From a virus (taxonomy: Duplodnaviria; Caudoviricetes): 39,179 nt of DNA. The DNA lies in IMG/VR virus record IMGVR_UViG_3300005758_000027, positions 1-39,179 of that record; one strand, given 5' to 3'. Of this stretch, positions 35,034-39,179 are shown piece after piece (the stretch's first letter is position 1; each line of letters begins with the position of its first letter). The notes beneath the pieces were generated by a model. That model saw only the letters and a list, made by a program, of their open reading frames with translations. It ran no database searches and had not been told where the DNA came from. The translations under genes were made by a program, and so were the position numbers.

Positions 35034-35816
35034 ATGAGAACTTTAGTAAGAAGTGTCGGTAGGTCCGACATCGGCGGTGAACCACTGCCAAGTTGCTTCA
35101 AAACATTTGATGCTAACAAAATTATATTTCGTAGAGCAGAAGTCTCTATGCTTGCAGGTGTACCAGGGGTCGGAAAGTCCACTCTGGCACTGGCTTTAGC
35201 CCTTCGTATGCACGTTCCCACTCTGTACATTTCTGCAGATACCAACGCACACACTATGGCTATGCGTCTTGCGTCAATGATTAGCGGTAAGAATCAGACA
35301 GACGTTGAACACCTAATGAATACTGATACTGGTTGGACTAAGGCTGTACTTTCCAAGGCTAGTCATATCGTATGGTCATTCGAATCATCACCTACCTTGC
35401 AGGATATTCTTGAAGAGGTGGAAGCATTCGAAGAACTATGGGGTGTACCACCTGAGGCTATCTTCGTAGATAACCTTATGGATATTGCTACCGACGGGGG
35501 CGAAGAGTTCGCCTCAATGCGTGCGATTATGAAGGAGTTGAAGTATCTTGCTCGTGCAACTAACGCTGGGATTATTATTCTACATCATACTTCTGAGGCT
35601 GTTCTGGGCAACCCTTGTCAGCCCCGCTCTGCTCTCCAAGGTAAGGTGGCTCAACTCCCCGCGCTTATCTGTACTCTTGGTATCGTTGGTACTTCTCTTG
35701 GTATTGCTCCTGTAAAGAATAGATATGGGCGTGCCGATGCCAACGCTAACCTAACTTGTTGGCTATCATTTAATCCTGAGTATATGTATGTCGAAGACAT
35801 ACCAGAGAATGGATAG
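35034..35816 (+). CDS. DnaB-like (SF4) helicase ATPase domain
   Basis: GVPGVGKS Walker A, IFVDNL Walker B, ILHH, KNRYG. Confidence 0.85.
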   Translation: MRTLVRSVGRSDIGGEPLPSCFKTFDANKIIFRRAEVSMLAGVPGVGKSTLALALALRMHVPTLYISADTNAHTMAMRLASMISGKNQTDVEHLMNTDTGWTKAVLSKASHIVWSFESSPTLQDILEEVEAFEELWGVPPEAIFVDNLMDIATDGGEEFASMRAIMKELKYLARATNAGIIILHHTSEAVLGNPCQPRSALQGKVAQLPALICTLGIVGTSLGIAPVKNRYGRADANANLTCWLSFNPEYMYVEDIPENG

Positions 35817-35818
35817 AT

Positions 35819-36016
35819 ATGATTAGAGAAGAAGAAGACGATATGACGCAAGAGATGCGTGCACTTATCGTACTTGAAATCAAACAAGAGACTGAGAAGT
35901 TAATCCAAAAGATTGAAGCAGCCAAGGTACCTATCACTGATGAGTGGACTGACGGACTCAACGCTGGTCTATCGTGGGCACAACGTATCCTACGCAAAGA
36001 TAAGAGTGCAACGTGA
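35819..36016 (+). CDS. Hypothetical protein
   Basis: ORF in operon order. Confidence 0.7.
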   Translation: MIREEEDDMTQEMRALIVLEIKQETEKLIQKIEAAKVPITDEWTDGLNAGLSWAQRILRKDKSAT

Positions 36017-36177
36017 GAATCAAATACCAAGGTAGCGAGAAGTATGTATCCTTTAGAGAACTCTTTGATATATGTTTTACTGAGGCTCTTTTTGAAGGAG
36101 ATGACTTTGATTATATGTTTGCCATAACTTTTATGGGTCGTGAGTTTGCGTGGTACATCTATCGTGGCAAACCCTAA
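36013..36177 (+). CDS. Hypothetical protein (54 aa)
   Basis: GTGA overlap; MRIKYQGSEKYVSFRELFDICFTEALFEGDDFDYMFAITFMGREFAWYIYRGKP fills the gap. Confidence 0.55.
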   Translation: MRIKYQGSEKYVSFRELFDICFTEALFEGDDFDYMFAITFMGREFAWYIYRGKP

Positions 36178-36529
36178 CGGGCGTAAAGGTTCTGGGTGGG
36201 AGATTGATTTCTTAAAGTTGTTTCGCTCCCTAGGTATATGGGTTGAAAGACTTACCAAGGCAGGCAAGAATGATGAAGGTGATATTGTTGCCATCATTGC
36301 AGGTAAGACTTACATCTTTGAACTAAAGAATGTACAGAGAATGGACCTGCCACAGTTCTGGCGTGAGGCAGAAGTGGAAGCGGTTAACTATGCTAAGGCT
36401 CGTAACTTACCTGAAGTTCCGTTGCACTATGTTATAGTCAAGCGACGTAATGCTAGTGCTAATAAGGCTTGGGTTATACAAGACTTAGACCAGTGGATAA
36501 AGGAGAAGACAGGAGATGTTAAAGATTGA
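36164..36529 (+). CDS. Holliday junction resolvase (Hjc-like PD-(D/E)XK)
   Basis: GRKGSGWE, DEGDI, FELKN, VKRR; probable GTG start at 36164. Confidence 0.8.
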   Translation: MANPNGRKGSGWEIDFLKLFRSLGIWVERLTKAGKNDEGDIVAIIAGKTYIFELKNVQRMDLPQFWREAEVEAVNYAKARNLPEVPLHYVIVKRRNASANKAWVIQDLDQWIKEKTGDVKD

Positions 36530-36893
36530 CAACGACTTGCCACCCATTGCGGATGTCTTGCGTCACTATGGTGCAAACATACGACAAGGACACGGGCAAG
36601 TTAACCTCAAGTGCCCGTTCCATTCAGATACGCACCAGTCTGGGTCGGCGAACCTCGATAAGAATATCTTTATATGCTTTGCCTGTGGCGTTCAGGGCAA
36701 CAGTTTACAAATCATAAGTCAACAGGAGGGAATAAATATCAATGAAGCAAGGACATTCGCAGAAGGAATTACTGGGCAAGGCAGCCAAGAAGTACGGGGA
36801 AAGTATTCATCTGGCATCAGATTACCTAGAAAGCAGAGGCATAACTCAGGAGGTGGCACGTCTGGCATCATTAGGCGTGGTTACGGAGCCTGA
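36516..36893 (+). CDS. DNA primase zinc-binding (CHC2) subunit
   Basis: CPFHSD...SA...FICFACG..GN. Confidence 0.85.
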   Translation: MLKIDNDLPPIADVLRHYGANIRQGHGQVNLKCPFHSDTHQSGSANLDKNIFICFACGVQGNSLQIISQQEGININEARTFAEGITGQGSQEVRGKYSSGIRLPRKQRHNSGGGTSGIIRRGYGA

Positions 36894-37359
36894 GACTGGG
36901 CACGAACAATATGCTGGACGTCTTTCTATACCTTATGTAACCAAGAGTGGCGTGGTAGACTTACGATTTAGAAGTCTCAACCCTGCTGTTGAACCTAAGT
37001 ATATGGGTATGATAGGTGCAGAGACTAAGTTGTACAACGTGCTTGACATAGAACAAGCAGGAGATTTTATAGGGGTGTGCGAAGGTGAACTGGATACTAT
37101 TACTCTTAGTTTCTGCGTTGGCATTCCTTGTGTTGGTGTACCTGGAGCGAACTCCTGGAAGAAACATTACACACGATTGCTTGCAGACTTTGAAAGAGTA
37201 TTCGTCTTCGCTGACGGCGACCAACCTGGGACAGAGTTCGCCCGTAGTCTTGCCAGAGAACTACCAGTTACTATCGTTCAACTCCCCGAAGGAGAAGATG
37301 TTAATTCGATGTTCGTGCAGGCAGGAGCAGGATACTTTCACGAGAAGATGGATACGTAA
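36742..37359 (+). CDS. DNA primase TOPRIM subunit
   Basis: YLESRGI, RLSIPY, PKY, VCEGELD, GVPGA, ADGDQPG, EDVN. Confidence 0.88.
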   Translation: MKQGHSQKELLGKAAKKYGESIHLASDYLESRGITQEVARLASLGVVTEPETGHEQYAGRLSIPYVTKSGVVDLRFRSLNPAVEPKYMGMIGAETKLYNVLDIEQAGDFIGVCEGELDTITLSFCVGIPCVGVPGANSWKKHYTRLLADFERVFVFADGDQPGTEFARSLARELPVTIVQLPEGEDVNSMFVQAGAGYFHEKMDT

Positions 37360-37361
37360 CT

Positions 37362-37733
37362 TTGGATTTTGACCCTAACGAACCACCTGAATCCTACTGC
37401 CACGACTGTGGGGTACAGTTCGATAACTCATTCGAACTTGTTGACCACACTATGGAAGAGGGGGAAGAGTTCGACCCGTACTATATCCTACCTAATGGAT
37501 TGAAGTTACTACTGGGGTCACTACTTAGATTTATGTACAACCACGCAGAAGAACCAGAGCAGATTAAGTTAATAACACAGTCGACATACATCACGCTATT
37601 TGCAGCAGAGATGGGCTTCGATATGATTGACGAACTGGTTGAGGATATGGTAGTTAAGTCTGCTATGCAGAACTTAGACCAGAACATTGAGAAGTTACTA
37701 TCAAAGGATACAGATGAAGAAGGCGGAGCGTGA
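37362..37733 (+). CDS. Hypothetical protein with N-terminal zinc-finger-like motif
   Basis: CHDC...F...L..H; TTG start. Confidence 0.7.
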   Translation: MDFDPNEPPESYCHDCGVQFDNSFELVDHTMEEGEEFDPYYILPNGLKLLLGSLLRFMYNHAEEPEQIKLITQSTYITLFAAEMGFDMIDELVEDMVVKSAMQNLDQNIEKLLSKDTDEEGGA

Positions 37734-37739
37734 AGAAAT

Positions 37740-38123
37740 ATGGCAGATTATAACCCATCTGGTAGACCAAGGGCTGAACGTACAGAACTATACAGTCGAC
37801 AAATCCACACTGATAGTAACCCTACACATTCCGATACTAACTGGGCAGAGTTCGAACTAAACGTACGAGATGTGATGCAGGAACTAGGCGACCTGCTCAT
37901 CAAGAAGCACAGGGATTACGGACCCAAGAACATTAGCAACTCCCCCTATGGTGCAATCAATGGGCTGGTGGTACGTATGTGGGACAAGATAGCCCGCATT
38001 GTTAACCTCACCAAGCAAGGCAACGTGAGCGCAGAGAACGAACCGCTTGAGGATTCCTTCAAAGATATAGCCAACTATGGTATAATTGGACTGTTAGTAT
38101 TGCGAGGAAAGTGGGATAAGTGA
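37740..38123 (+). CDS. Nucleotide modification-associated domain 1 (DUF1599-like) protein
   Basis: KKHRDYG..NI, VRMWDKIARI.NL, EPLEDSFKDIANYGII. Confidence 0.75.
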   Translation: MADYNPSGRPRAERTELYSRQIHTDSNPTHSDTNWAEFELNVRDVMQELGDLLIKKHRDYGPKNISNSPYGAINGLVVRMWDKIARIVNLTKQGNVSAENEPLEDSFKDIANYGIIGLLVLRGKWDK

Positions 38124-38509
38124 AAGAGCAGGAACTCTTTGATTGGTTAAAGGCAGAGAAGTTCCCCGACCTCGTTCACTCCCCCGAAGTATATGATGGC
38201 TTCGACTGTATCTCTGAAGCAGAGAAATTATTTATTGAACTTAAGTGTAGGCGCACACACTATGACAACTTACTGATTGAGAAGATGAAGTATGACTTTC
38301 TTCTTGAAGAGTCTGCTAAGTTAGGACTCTCACCTTGGTATGTCAACTCCACACCCGAAGGTATCTGGGCGTTCCCCTTGCTTGACTTAAACCACGAACT
38401 TGATTGGCAAGAGAAGTGGTTGCCCGCTACTACTGAGTTCGCTAACAAGAATAACAAGATGAAGTTAGTTGGATTTATCCACACACACCAAGGGTTTAAG
38501 ATAGTATGA
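38120..38509 (+). CDS. PD-(D/E)XK endonuclease-like protein
   Basis: FDC...FIELKCRR..Y..LLIEK.KY motif. Confidence 0.65.
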   Translation: MKEQELFDWLKAEKFPDLVHSPEVYDGFDCISEAEKLFIELKCRRTHYDNLLIEKMKYDFLLEESAKLGLSPWYVNSTPEGIWAFPLLDLNHELDWQEKWLPATTEFANKNNKMKLVGFIHTHQGFKIV

Positions 38510-39150
38510 TTGAATGGGAACGCATTGAGCGTTGGGATTATATCGTCGACTCTGTTTCCGCAGAGTATCACAAGAAGTTTGAGATAGACCTTGAAGATAT
38601 TAGACAGTCACTGTATCAGTGGTTCGTTGAGCACCCTAATAAGTTAAATGATTGGGAAGCAATCGGGGATAAAGACGCAAAGAATCTTATCTATCGTAGC
38701 CTACGCAACCAAGCATTAGACTACTGCCAACATTGGAAGGCTAAGTCAGGTGGGTATGAAACCTCTGACCTGTTCTACTATGAAGCAGATATGGTTGAGG
38801 CTTTGCTTCCTGCCGTACTGCGTGGTGAGTATGGTGCAGGTAGCAAGGTAGATTTAGGTAGACCAGGCACACCATCTGCACCTAATGAGGGTGGCAATAT
38901 GATGGCTATGATGATTGAGATTGACTACGGATTCTGGAAGTTACCTATTGAAGACCGCAAGGTATTGTTCCTACGTCACGCAGAATCTATGGACTTCGGT
39001 GCTATCGCAAGTGAACTAACACTAGGCACAGAAGACGCTGCTCGTATGCGCCACAAGCGTGCTATCAAGAAGTTGATTCATAAGATAGGTGGCTTCAAGC
39101 CTTACAAAGATGAGGACTCTGCGCCCTCTGATGATTCCTTAGAGTCGTAG
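38506..39150 (+). CDS. Phage sigma-70-family RNA polymerase sigma factor
   Basis: Region 2-like EDIRQSLY.W...LRNQALDY; region 4 LPIEDRKVLFLRH...IASEL...ARMRHKRAIKKL. Confidence 0.8.
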   Translation: MIEWERIERWDYIVDSVSAEYHKKFEIDLEDIRQSLYQWFVEHPNKLNDWEAIGDKDAKNLIYRSLRNQALDYCQHWKAKSGGYETSDLFYYEADMVEALLPAVLRGEYGAGSKVDLGRPGTPSAPNEGGNMMAMMIEIDYGFWKLPIEDRKVLFLRHAESMDFGAIASELTLGTEDAARMRHKRAIKKLIHKIGGFKPYKDEDSAPSDDSLES

Positions 39151-39179
39151 TCTACCTCGGCAGGGTCAACCCATAACCC

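Noticed and set aside
5557-37687. Numerous antisense or alternate-frame ORFs from the track (e.g. 10548-11051, 22839-23279, 31110-31545, 35770-36297)
   Set aside because: They lie within or opposite well-supported genes, lack RBS or motifs, and reflect codon bias of the real genes.
39102-39179. Circular closure of the window ends
   Set aside because: Joining the ends gives ...KESRGYGLTLPR-stop, which does not continue the transglycosylase. A different minus-strand frame (GLWVDPAEVDYDS...SSL-stop) enters at the right edge, so sequence is missing. That frame is too short to annotate.

Overview
This is most of the genome of a tailed dsDNA phage, probably podovirus-like because no tape-measure gene is visible. 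The host is inferred to be an actinobacterium, plausibly the low-GC freshwater acI/Nanopelagicales lineage. The window is cut at both edges and does not close into a circle. Layout: (i) 1-3840 is a minus-strand early arm of small genes, including whiB and a truncated lytic-transglycosylase-like gene. (ii) ~3850-4700 is a divergent non-coding control region with sigma-A promoters, CRP boxes, two perfect DnaA boxes, many inverted repeats and tRNA-Ser(UGA). (iii) 4.7-30.2 kb is the plus-strand packaging and virion module: terminase, portal, Ntn-hydrolase, large putative ejection proteins, scaffold, capsid, tail tubular proteins, fibre and a six-gene ABC-ABC paralog cassette. (iv) 30.2-33.0 kb is the lysis and membrane cassette with a CHAP endolysin. 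(v) 33.4-39.2 kb is the replication module: split Cas4/RecB-like nuclease, DnaB-like helicase, Holliday junction resolvase, split primase, Nmad1/DUF1599 protein and a sigma factor. No DNA polymerase or integrase is seen. The leading novelty candidates are the cluster of host DNA-binding-protein sites, the ABC-ABC receptor-binding cassette with a shared docking peptide, the Fe-S nuclease split across two genes by an inserted ORF, and several structured RNA elements (a mini tRNA-like fold and an RBS-sequestering pseudoknot). All calls come from motif reading by eye; no searches or folding programs were run.
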